From assembly GCA_046290465.1 (NCBI GenBank), contig JBKAGP010000001.1:576001-640000 (forward strand): DNA of 64,000 bases. The letters are read 5' to 3'. The notes beneath the pieces are model-generated. The model saw only the letters and a list, made by a program, of their open reading frames with translations. It made no database searches and had not been told where the DNA came from. The translations under genes and the position numbers were made by a program. This document shows, piece after piece, positions 56,233-64,000 of the stretch (the first letter of the stretch is position 1; the number at the start of each line of letters is the position of its first letter). This stretch comes from Planctomycetota bacterium. GTDB lineage: Bacteria > Planctomycetota > UBA1135 > UBA2386.

Positions 56233-56289
56233 CCGCCGCTGCAGCGCCCGGTCGCGCGGTCGAACGGTCCCGCGATGGAACCCGTCGCG

Positions 56290-56796
56290 CTACTGGACCG
56301 TCACCGTGACCGGGATCGTCTGCGCCGCCAGCGGCACGGCGGCGCCGGCGCTGGTCGCGGCGCGCAGGCCGCGCAGCGCGATCGTGTAGGTGCCGGGTTG
56401 GCGCGGCTGGCTCGGCTGCACGCGCAGCCGGAACAGGTCGCCGATCGGCAGCGGGTCGGCGGACGGGTTGGTCGAATCGCCGCACAGCACCACGAAGCGC
56501 TCCCCGTCGAAGTCGCCGTCGACCGACAGCGGCGCGATCGCGCTCAGCCGCTGCTGCTGCTGGGCCAACTGCAGCTGCGGCGGCAGTTCGACATCGACCT
56601 GCAGCAGGGCCGGCGCCGGCGACGCGGTGCTGCGCAGCGCCACGATCAGGTCGGTGCCGTCGGCCGAGGGCGCGATCGGTGCCGTGGTCGCGGTGAACGC
56701 GGCGCTCTGCGTCACCGGCGGCGTGCCGTCACCGCCGCCGCCACCGCCACCGCAGGCTGCCAGCAGGAGAACCGCGATCGGGGAGCTTCGCCGCAT
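56290..56796 (-). CDS. Lipoprotein with cohesin-like beta-sandwich
   Basis: Lipobox LAAC followed by a poly-Gly linker; LQVDV.L and P.GDLFRL motifs resemble cohesin-type domains. Confidence 0.65.
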   Translation of the reverse strand: MRRSSPIAVLLLAACGGGGGGGDGTPPVTQSAAFTATTAPIAPSADGTDLIVALRSTASPAPALLQVDVELPPQLQLAQQQQRLSAIAPLSVDGDFDGERFVVLCGDSTNPSADPLPIGDLFRLRVQPSQPRQPGTYTIALRGLRAATSAGAAVPLAAQTIPVTVTVQ

Positions 56797-56869
56797 GGCA
56801 GAAGGGTAGCCGATCCCCGGCAACAGGGAAGGGCTCGCGCGCCGGCCTGGACCCTGCGACGATGGCGCC

Positions 56870-59011
56870 ATGAACAAGCCGTGGGGCGTGGTGTTGGGGC
56901 TGCTGTCGATGGCCGCCCTGCCGGGGCAGGAGCACGGCGGTGGGCAGGCCGGGCAAGGCGACCGGCAGGAGCCGCGCCCGGCCAACCGCCTCGACAAGGA
57001 GTCGTCGCCGTACCTGCGCCAGCACCGGCACAACCCGGTCGACTGGCACCCGTGGGGCGACGAAGCGCTCGCGCTGGCCAAGAAGCTCGACAAGCCGATC
57101 TTCCTGAGCATCGGCTATTCGGCGTGCCACTGGTGCCACGTGATGGCGGCCGAGAGCTTCTCGGACCCCGAGGTCGCCAAGCTGATGAACGAGAAGTTCG
57201 TCTGCATCAAGGTCGACCGCGAGGAGCGGCCCGACATCGACCAGATCTACATGGGCGCGCTGCACGCAATGGGCAAGCAGGGCGGCTGGCCGCTGTCGGC
57301 GTGGCTGACGCCGGACGGCAAGCCGTTCTTCGGCGGCACCTACTTCCCGCCGACGGCGAGCCGCGGCCTGCCGTCGTTCCGCCTGGTCTGCGAGTCGCTC
57401 GCCAACGCCTGGGCGGACGAGCGCGACAAGGTGCTGCAGGGTGCGGGCGAGCTGAGCGAGCACCTCGAGCAGGCGCTGGCGCCGTCGCTGCCGGCGGGCG
57501 AGCCGACGCCGGCGCTGTTCGGCAAGGTGCTGGCGGAGGCCCGGGACTGGTACGACGCCGAGCATCCGGGCTTCGCCGCACCGCCGCGGTTCGCGCCGAA
57601 GTTCCCGCAGGCCTCGCAGCTGCAGATGCTGCTGCGGAACGACGACCAGCAGGGCCGCGCGATGGCGCTGGCGGCGCTGCGCGCGATGGCGCGCGGCGGC
57701 ATCCACGACCAGCTCGGTGGTGGCTTCCATCGCTACAGCACCGACCGCCGCTGGCTGGTGCCGCACTTCGAGAAGATGCTCTACGACAACGCGCTGTTGG
57801 CGTCGGCATACCTCGAGGCGAGCCAGGTGGAGAAGGACGGACCGTTCGCGAGCGTCGCGCGCAGCACGCTCGACTACCTGCTGCGCGAGATGCAGGCGCC
57901 CGACGGTGGCTTCTGGTCGAGCCAGGACGCGCAGTCCGAAGCCGTCGAGGGCAAGTTCTTCGTCTGGAGCCGTGACGAGATCGAGCAGCTGCTCGGCGAC
58001 GACGCCGAGCTCGTCTGCGACGTGTTCGGGGTGACGGCGGCCGGCAACTGGGACGGCACCAACGTGCTGTGGCAGGCGCAGGACGTGCCCGCGACCGAGG
58101 CGTTCGCCGCGGCGCGTGCCAGACTGTTCGCAGCGCGCGCCGAGCGGGTGCGGCCCGGCACCGACGACAAGGTGCTGGTGGCGTGGAACGGCATGGCGAT
58201 CGAAGCGCTGTGCGACGGCTACCGCGTGCTCGGCGACCGTCGCTACCTCGAGGCCGCGCAACGCGCCGGTGCGTTCCTGCTCGAACGGTGCGTGGTCGAC
58301 GGTCGGGTCCGCCGCAGCTGGCAGGGTGGCAGCGCGCCGTTCGCCGGCTACCTCGAGGACCATGCCTCGCTGGCCAACGCGCTGCTGGCGCTGTTCGAGA
58401 GCGACTTCGAGGGGCGCTGGCTGCGCGCCGCGAAGCAGGTGCTGCAGACCACCAGGGACCACTTCCGGGCCGAGGACGGTTCGTTCTACTTCACCGCCGA
58501 CGACCACGAGCAGCTGCTGGCGCGCACCAAAAGCGCCAGCGAGGGCGCGACGCCGTCCGGCATCGCGATGGCGGCGCGGGCGTTCTTGCGGGCGGGGCTG
58601 CTGCTCGGCGACGACGCCGTCTACCAGCTGGGGGCCGGCGCGCTGCGCGCCAACCACGCGCTGCTCGCCCACAGCCCGGCGTCGGCGCCGGCGCTGATGC
58701 GCGCGGTGCAGCTGCACCTCGGCGCGCCCAAGGAGATCGTGATCGCCGGCCGACCCGACGACGCGCGCACCCAGGCGCTGCTGCGCGCGGCGTGGCGGCG
58801 GTTCCCGCAGCCCGGCGTGGTCGCGTGCGTGCACGACGGCAACCGCGAGGCGCTGGTGGCGATCAGCAAGGTCTTCGATGGCAAGCTGCCGAGGGACGGC
58901 GCGCCGTGCGCCTACGTCTGCGAACGGGGCGTCTGCCAGGCGCCGGTCACGACGGTCGACGCGCTGCGGCAGGCGTGGGGGGCGGCGAAGCCCGCGGAGG
59001 GCGGCAGGTGA
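56870..59011 (+). CDS. YyaL/SPATA20 family thioredoxin-domain (DUF255) plus (alpha/alpha)6 protein
   Basis: [72 protein letters not shown]. Confidence 0.93.
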   Translation: MNKPWGVVLGLLSMAALPGQEHGGGQAGQGDRQEPRPANRLDKESSPYLRQHRHNPVDWHPWGDEALALAKKLDKPIFLSIGYSACHWCHVMAAESFSDPEVAKLMNEKFVCIKVDREERPDIDQIYMGALHAMGKQGGWPLSAWLTPDGKPFFGGTYFPPTASRGLPSFRLVCESLANAWADERDKVLQGAGELSEHLEQALAPSLPAGEPTPALFGKVLAEARDWYDAEHPGFAAPPRFAPKFPQASQLQMLLRNDDQQGRAMALAALRAMARGGIHDQLGGGFHRYSTDRRWLVPHFEKMLYDNALLASAYLEASQVEKDGPFASVARSTLDYLLREMQAPDGGFWSSQDAQSEAVEGKFFVWSRDEIEQLLGDDAELVCDVFGVTAAGNWDGTNVLWQAQDVPATEAFAAARARLFAARAERVRPGTDDKVLVAWNGMAIEALCDGYRVLGDRRYLEAAQRAGAFLLERCVVDGRVRRSWQGGSAPFAGYLEDHASLANALLALFESDFEGRWLRAAKQVLQTTRDHFRAEDGSFYFTADDHEQLLARTKSASEGATPSGIAMAARAFLRAGLLLGDDAVYQLGAGALRANHALLAHSPASAPALMRAVQLHLGAPKEIVIAGRPDDARTQALLRAAWRRFPQPGVVACVHDGNREALVAISKVFDGKLPRDGAPCAYVCERGVCQAPVTTVDALRQAWGAAKPAEGGR

Positions 59012-59391
59012 GCGAGGACCTGCTCGACGTCGTCGACGGAACGCGGCGCGTGCACGAGATCGCGCGCGACCCGCAGCACGTGGCGTGGCTCGCCGAACGT
59101 CCGGTCCGCCCCGGTCACGTGGTGGTCTGTACCACCAAGCTGGTCGACTCGGTGTTCGACCTCGACGACGAGGCCAGCGCGCGGCTGTGGGCGTTCGTGC
59201 ACCGGATCGGCCGGCGAATGCGCGAACGGCTGCCGTGCGCGCGGGTCTGCGTCAGCGTCATCGGCTGGGCCGTGCGCCATGCGCACGTGCACCTGATCCC
59301 GACCGAGCAACCTGGACAGGTCCCTGGCCTCGACGGCGAGCCGCCGGATAACGACGAGATGCAGGCGCTGGCGGCGCGCCTGCGTCGGTAG
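59008..59391 (+). CDS. HIT family protein
   Basis: GTGA overlap with the upstream gene; [12 protein letters not shown] histidine triad. Confidence 0.88.
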   Translation: MSEDLLDVVDGTRRVHEIARDPQHVAWLAERPVRPGHVVVCTTKLVDSVFDLDDEASARLWAFVHRIGRRMRERLPCARVCVSVIGWAVRHAHVHLIPTEQPGQVPGLDGEPPDNDEMQALAARLRR

Positions 59392-59394
59392 CGA

Positions 59395-59730
59395 TCAGCC
59401 GGTCATGCGCGGCGGTTCGGGAAACACGTCCTCGCCGTCCCGCGTGCGTAGGTAGTCGGCGAACACCCGGACGAACCACTCGAGCTCGTCGGCGGCGTCG
59501 GTGCTCAGCTCCTTGTGGCTCTGGGCCTTGCCGAGGCGGGCCGCCAGTTCGGCGAACGGCGCGGTCGCGAGCAGGAACGCGGGGAAGTCCTCCTCCGGCT
59601 TCGGCTCCTCGACGAGCACGCGCAGCTTCTGCAGCCACTGCTGCTGTTCGCGGGAGTACTGCTCGAGGGCCTCACGGCGCTCGTCCAGCGTCAGGTTGCG
59701 GGGGTCCGCCAGAAAGTCGTAGGTGTCCAA
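59395..59730 (-). CDS. Hypothetical helical protein
   Basis: TTG start with GAGAAG upstream; coding-like codon usage; fills the gap. Confidence 0.65.
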   Translation of the reverse strand: MDTYDFLADPRNLTLDERREALEQYSREQQQWLQKLRVLVEEPKPEEDFPAFLLATAPFAELAARLGKAQSHKELSTDAADELEWFVRVFADYLRTRDGEDVFPEPPRMTG

Positions 59731-59793
59731 GGGTCTTCCTCAGGAATGAGAACAACGTTGTGGATCGGCCCACGGCATTGGATTCTTGAGTCG

Positions 59794-60612
59794 TTGACTC
59801 CATCCGAAGGACTGCAGGTGCGGCGACTGCGTCGCGGCGACGACGCGGCAGCCGCGCTCGCCGAGGCGGCGGGCGTGCACGGTGTCTACGTTCGCAACGC
59901 CCTCTCGGAGGGATTGTCCGACGGGTTCGTGTTCGCCGTCGACGGCAGGGACTGCGGGGTCGCGTGGTTCGGCCCGCGCGGCAACCTGGTCGTGGTCAGC
60001 GACCAGCGCGCCCACGGCCACGAACGGGACCTCGCCGCGCAGGTGCTGCGGGCGCGCTGGAGCTGGCGCATCGTGCTCGGCGACGCCGGCCTGGTCGACG
60101 CGCTGGCGGCCGTCGTGCCGCGGCGGGCCCTCGCGCACCGCGACCAGATCTACTACTGCGGCGGCCCGGACGACGCCAACCCCAAGCACGTGCGCGACGA
60201 CCTGCGCGAGCCGGAGCGCGAAGACCGCGAACGGCTGGCGCGCGCGACCCTGGCGCTGAACGCGAGCGACCTCAACATCGCGCCCGACCGCGTCGATCGG
60301 CGCTGGCTCTACAGCACCATCGACGACCGGATCCACGACGGCACGACCCGCGTGCTCGGGCCGGTCGGCGGGCTGTGGAGCAAGCTCGACTTCGGCAGCC
60401 AGGGGCCCGGTGGGGTCGTGATCGAGGGCGTCTACACGTTCCCCGAGCGGCGCGGCCGCGGCCTCGGCGCCGACCTGGTCGCCAGCTGCATGGCGCAGAG
60501 CCGTGGCGCGGTGTCGCTGCACGTCGCCGAGCACAACCGGGCGGCGCGGCGCAGCTACGAGCGCGCCGGGCTGCGCGAGGCCGGCCGCTGCCGGCTGCTG
60601 CTGCTCGGCTGA
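59794..60612 (+). CDS. GNAT family N-acetyltransferase
   Basis: GVYTFPERRGRGLG (acetyl-CoA motif A), LHV...N.AARRSYERAG; start uncertain (59746 or 59794). Confidence 0.85.
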   Translation: MTPSEGLQVRRLRRGDDAAAALAEAAGVHGVYVRNALSEGLSDGFVFAVDGRDCGVAWFGPRGNLVVVSDQRAHGHERDLAAQVLRARWSWRIVLGDAGLVDALAAVVPRRALAHRDQIYYCGGPDDANPKHVRDDLREPEREDRERLARATLALNASDLNIAPDRVDRRWLYSTIDDRIHDGTTRVLGPVGGLWSKLDFGSQGPGGVVIEGVYTFPERRGRGLGADLVASCMAQSRGAVSLHVAEHNRAARRSYERAGLREAGRCRLLLLG

Positions 60613-60615
60613 TCG

Positions 60616-62364
60616 TCAGCGCAGCAGGTACGCGTAGGCCAGCTCCGGGCCGAACAGCGGGTGCTGGCACGGCTGCCGCAGGTGCATGGTCAGCATCTCG
60701 CGCTTCAGCGTGTCGTGCAGCCGGTCGGCCTCGACCGCCTTGCCGACCGCGCGCAGGCTGCGCGCCAGCAGCGCCTTGGTCAAAGGCGACGCCGACAGCA
60801 GGGCGGCGCGCGCCAACGCGTTCTGCATCGCGCCGACCTCGCCCTCGCGTTCGTGGGCGTAGGCGGCGAGCAGCGACGACCAGGCGCTGTCGCCGTCGCG
60901 GGCCAGCGCGTCCTCGAGCCCTTCGGCGCGCACCCCGGTGGTGAGGACCTGGTGCATGCCGCCAACGAACGCGGCCGCGTCACGCGTCACCGCCTCGACC
61001 GGCAGCTTCTGCACCGCGGCGACCAGGTTGGGCAGCTGGTCGGAGCTGCCCAGCCGGACCAGCACGGCGCCGGCCTCGGCGAAGTCGCCGACGCGCGCAT
61101 CGAGCGCCAGCGGGTGCTTGACCAGCCAGCGCAGGTCGTCGAGCAGCAGCTCGCGGGCGCGTTCGGGCTGGTCGGTCAGCAGCGCGTGCGCGGCCTGCAT
61201 GCGCAGCACCTGGTGGCTGATGCTGTCGCGGTCACCCGAACCGTAGTCGCGACGGGCGCGATCGAGCACCTGCCCGAGCTCGTCGTCGCGACGCGACTCG
61301 AACAGCGCGATCGCCCACGGCAGCAGTACCCACGGGGTCGGCAGCCGCAGGCTGGCCTCGCGCAGGTGTTCGGCGGCGGCAACGGCGTCGTCGGTGCCGA
61401 GGCAGGCCCAGCCGAGGTGGTAGGCGACGAAGCCGCGCTCGGGCAGCCGCCGGTGCAGGTCCTCGAGCAACGGCCGCGAGGTCGCGAAGTCGGCGAGGAA
61501 GTTGTGGCCGAGCGCGTCGGTGTAGCGGGGCTCGTCGTCGTGCGGCCGTTCGCGGCGGGCGACCGCGGCCAGCGTGGTCAGCTCGCGGTCGAAGCGGCCG
61601 GCGCGCCGCGGCTCGAGCGCGGCGTTGGCGAGCAGCAGCGTGCGCGCCAGCCGGTGCTGGACCGTCGGCGAGCAGCGCGCCGCGTAGCCGAGCGCCTCGC
61701 GGCTGATGTCGCGGGCGCGCGTCGGGTCGTTGCGCAGCAGTTCGAGCGCGGCCAGGGGCGCCAGCACGAACGGCGCGCCCCCGTCGTGGCGGCGGGCGGT
61801 GCGCAGCGCCGCGAACGCGCCCGAGAAGCCGCCGGTACGGATCAGTTCGTCGGCGTCCTCGACGGCGATCACCGCGCGCGGATCCTCGGAGGTGATCCGG
61901 CCGACGGGCAGCGGCCGCGTAGCCGCCTCGCCGAGGGCGCGCCGCGCCGCCCAGGCCAGCTGGTCGATCGCCGCCAGCAGGCCCGGGGTCTCGAGGCCTT
62001 CGCCGTAGGCAGCGCTCGCCAGCAACGTCTCGGTGCCGTCTCGCAGCAGCGTCGCGGTCAGCGCCTTGGCGTCGACGTCGATCGTCAGCGCCAGCTGCGC
62101 GAGGCCGTCGTAGGCCTTGGGGGCGATCGAGAACGCGACGGTCTGGCCGATCGCTTCCCGCCACCAGGTGCGCACCGCGCGCCACGGGCCGTCGACCGGC
62201 AGGCCGTCGCTGACGGTCGCCGCCACCCGGGTGCCGGCCGGCAGCCGCAGCGCGACCGGCGGCGTCGGCTCGGGCACGTCGGCCAGGGCGGATTCCGGGA
62301 TCTCTGCGGGCGCGGAGTGGCAGGCCACCAGGGCGCAGAGCGCGAGCAACGGCAACGGACGCAC
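60616..62364 (-). CDS. Lipoprotein with TPR-like helical repeats
   Basis: GTG start; lipobox LVAC; helical repeats such as AYHLGWACLG..DA.AA..HL. Confidence 0.7.
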   Translation of the reverse strand: MRPLPLLALCALVACHSAPAEIPESALADVPEPTPPVALRLPAGTRVAATVSDGLPVDGPWRAVRTWWREAIGQTVAFSIAPKAYDGLAQLALTIDVDAKALTATLLRDGTETLLASAAYGEGLETPGLLAAIDQLAWAARRALGEAATRPLPVGRITSEDPRAVIAVEDADELIRTGGFSGAFAALRTARRHDGGAPFVLAPLAALELLRNDPTRARDISREALGYAARCSPTVQHRLARTLLLANAALEPRRAGRFDRELTTLAAVARRERPHDDEPRYTDALGHNFLADFATSRPLLEDLHRRLPERGFVAYHLGWACLGTDDAVAAAEHLREASLRLPTPWVLLPWAIALFESRRDDELGQVLDRARRDYGSGDRDSISHQVLRMQAAHALLTDQPERARELLLDDLRWLVKHPLALDARVGDFAEAGAVLVRLGSSDQLPNLVAAVQKLPVEAVTRDAAAFVGGMHQVLTTGVRAEGLEDALARDGDSAWSSLLAAYAHEREGEVGAMQNALARAALLSASPLTKALLARSLRAVGKAVEADRLHDTLKREMLTMHLRQPCQHPLFGPELAYAYLLR

Positions 62365-62434
62365 CGCAGGAGTGTCGCGGAGCGGGCCCGTCGGCTCAAC
62401 CGGAGGGGGGCGGAATGCCGATGGCATCGACGTG

Positions 62435-63412
62435 ATGCGAACCCTCGTGGCTTGTCTGGTCTCGTCGCTCGCCGCCTTCGCCCAGCAGGGCCAGGAGGGT
62501 GGGCAGCGACCCGCGGGCAGCAACTCGATCTCGCCGGTGTCGTTCGACAACAACGGCTGGCCGGTCGGGTTCGGCCGCAACCCCGCCCCGGCGCCGGCCG
62601 GGGAGACCCGCCCTGCCGCCCCAGAGCGCCGCGGCGGCGCCGTCGCGAAGCGTCCGGCCGACGACGACCGGGTGATCGCGGCGGGCACCGCCGACGAACC
62701 GCTGGCGTCGGGCATGCACCTCGACTCGCCGCTGCACGACGTGTTCCGGGCGACCCGCTCGCCCGGCGCGCTGAAGCAGATCGGCGGCGTGGTCGCCTAC
62801 TGGAAGCTGACCGTGCACGGCAAGGACGGCGCGCCGATCGGCGAACGCACCTACGTGCACATCGCCGACTGTGCCCACCCCGAGCGCGACCGCCTCGAGT
62901 ACGGCGACCGCGTGTTCGTGCGCGACGCCGGCCGCGTGTCGGCCGGCCGCGGCGGCATCCCGTGGGAGAAGCTGCAGGGCACGGCCGCTGCCGAGCTTGC
63001 GCTGTTCGGCCTGCACCTGCGGCTGCCCTGGTGCTACGGCGAGGGCCGCAGCTACGCGATCCTGCGCCGGGACGCGGCCGTGCGTCGCGGCGAGACGCTG
63101 GTCAAACTGACGATCGAGCGGCGGCCAGCGGCGGCCAACGAGGTGTTCGGGCCCGAGGCGACGCCGCGGCAGCGCGACCGCTTCGAACTGCTCTACGAGC
63201 CGAGCACCGGCACGCCGCGCGAGCTGCTGCACCGGTTTGCCAGCAGCGGCCAGCAGCGCCGCGTGCTGCTCGAGGACTGGCGCGAGTTCGAGGGCGTGCG
63301 GCTGCCGCACCGCCGCATCTACGTCGACGAGTCGCTGCGCCCGACGACCACGGTGCAGCTGATGGACGTGCGCCGCCGCCGCGTCGGCGACCGCGACTTC
63401 CGGCTGCTGTAG
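62435..63412 (+). CDS. Secreted protein, possible LolA-like fold
   Basis: Signal peptide MRTLVACLVSSLAAFA; C-terminal DWREFEGVRLPHRR motif typical of LolA-like/outer-membrane sorting-type folds. Confidence 0.6.
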   Translation: MRTLVACLVSSLAAFAQQGQEGGQRPAGSNSISPVSFDNNGWPVGFGRNPAPAPAGETRPAAPERRGGAVAKRPADDDRVIAAGTADEPLASGMHLDSPLHDVFRATRSPGALKQIGGVVAYWKLTVHGKDGAPIGERTYVHIADCAHPERDRLEYGDRVFVRDAGRVSAGRGGIPWEKLQGTAAAELALFGLHLRLPWCYGEGRSYAILRRDAAVRRGETLVKLTIERRPAAANEVFGPEATPRQRDRFELLYEPSTGTPRELLHRFASSGQQRRVLLEDWREFEGVRLPHRRIYVDESLRPTTTVQLMDVRRRRVGDRDFRLL

Positions 63413-63416
63413 CGCG

Positions 63417-64000
63417 CTACTCGGGGCAGCCGTCGGCGATCCACTTGCGGATCGTCTCGATCTCGGCCTTGGTCAGCTGCTCCTCGTCCTTCGGCGGCAT
63501 GTGCGCGTCGTCGTCGAGCGGCAGCGCGAACGACTCGAGCATCGCGCTCTCCTCGGGCTTGCCGGGGATCACGATCTGCTCGTCGCCCCAGCCCTCGAGC
63601 ACCATCTTGCGCGTCGTCAGGTCGAGGTCGCCCTCGTAGTCCTTGGGGTTGTGGCACTGCGTGCAGACGCGCTCCATGATCGGCTGGATCTCGGTCGCGT
63701 AGCGGGAGGCGGCCGGCGGCGTGCCCGGCTGCTGGTCGCCTGCATTCTGGCCACCTGCATTCTGGCCACCTGCACCCTGGTCACCTGCACCCTGGCCACC
63801 TGGATCCTGGCCACCTGGATTCTGGCCACCTGGATCCTGGCCGCCGGGCTCGACCGTCGGCTGCCCCTGCTGCTGGTCGAGCGCGCGCGTCAGCGGCTTG
63901 AACAGGAAGTCCTTCTTGTGCGTCAGCGTGCCGCCGAAGTGGCCCGTCGGGACCGACAGCGCCAGCGCCGCCGCGAGCGCCAGACGGAACGGCCGGCGGC
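63417..64000 (-). CDS. Membrane protein with planctomycete-type cytochrome c domain (5' part lies beyond the window)
   Basis: Open frame from the window end: ...TGHFGGTLTH (DUF2231-like end), GGQ-repeat linker, IQPIMERVCTQCH...GDLDL, PGKPEES, HMPP, LT..EI..IRKWIADG. Confidence 0.85.
   Translation of the reverse strand, partial: RRPFRLALAAALALSVPTGHFGGTLTHKKDFLFKPLTRALDQQQGQPTVEPGGQDPGGQNPGGQDPGGQGAGDQGAGGQNAGGQNAGDQQPGTPPAASRYATEIQPIMERVCTQCHNPKDYEGDLDLTTRKMVLEGWGDEQIVIPGKPEESAMLESFALPLDDDAHMPPKDEEQLTKAEIETIRKWIADGCPE
63732..63845 (-). repeat. Coding tandem repeat, ~7.5 x 15 bp (GGQDP/GGQNA-type linker)
   Basis: Plus strand ctggccacctgcatt / ctggccacctggatc variants at 15-bp period. Confidence 0.9.

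Overview
This is a very GC-rich bacterial chromosomal window, most likely from Planctomycetota. The DUF1549/DUF1553 plus DUF1501 pair and a planctomycete-type cytochrome c domain support this; an OM190-like lineage is an inference from the recurrent secreted-protein terminal domain. About 50 CDS are supported. Housekeeping genes include selB (5'-truncated by the window), ltaE, a phosphomannomutase, rocF, purN, miaB, ribD and a sugar ABC transporter, and there are many secreted or envelope proteins. I found no rRNA, tRNA, CRISPR array, transposase or integrase. Highlights: (1) A TPR-ExbB-ExbD operon whose fourth gene encodes an unusual TonB/TolA-like protein: PD40 propeller, S-x3-H motor-coupling helix, long Ala/Pro/Arg linker, and a prenyltransferase-like (alpha/alpha) barrel in place of TonB_C. 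(2) A his operon, hisG-C-B-H-F-[A/I/E fusion]-D, preceded by an unannotated poly-His leader peptide and attenuator; its HisA-I-E plus HisD end mirrors fungal His4. (3) Three kinds of small palindromic non-coding elements, two tied to CTAG stop codons and one bracketing a compositionally foreign Kelch gene. (4) A shared ~110-aa terminal domain on four secreted proteins. (5) A purine nucleoside phosphorylase homolog lacking canonical catalytic residues. (6) Repeated micro-duplications of gene 3' ends. Start codons were chosen by eye and family assignments come from recognised motifs; no database searches were run.
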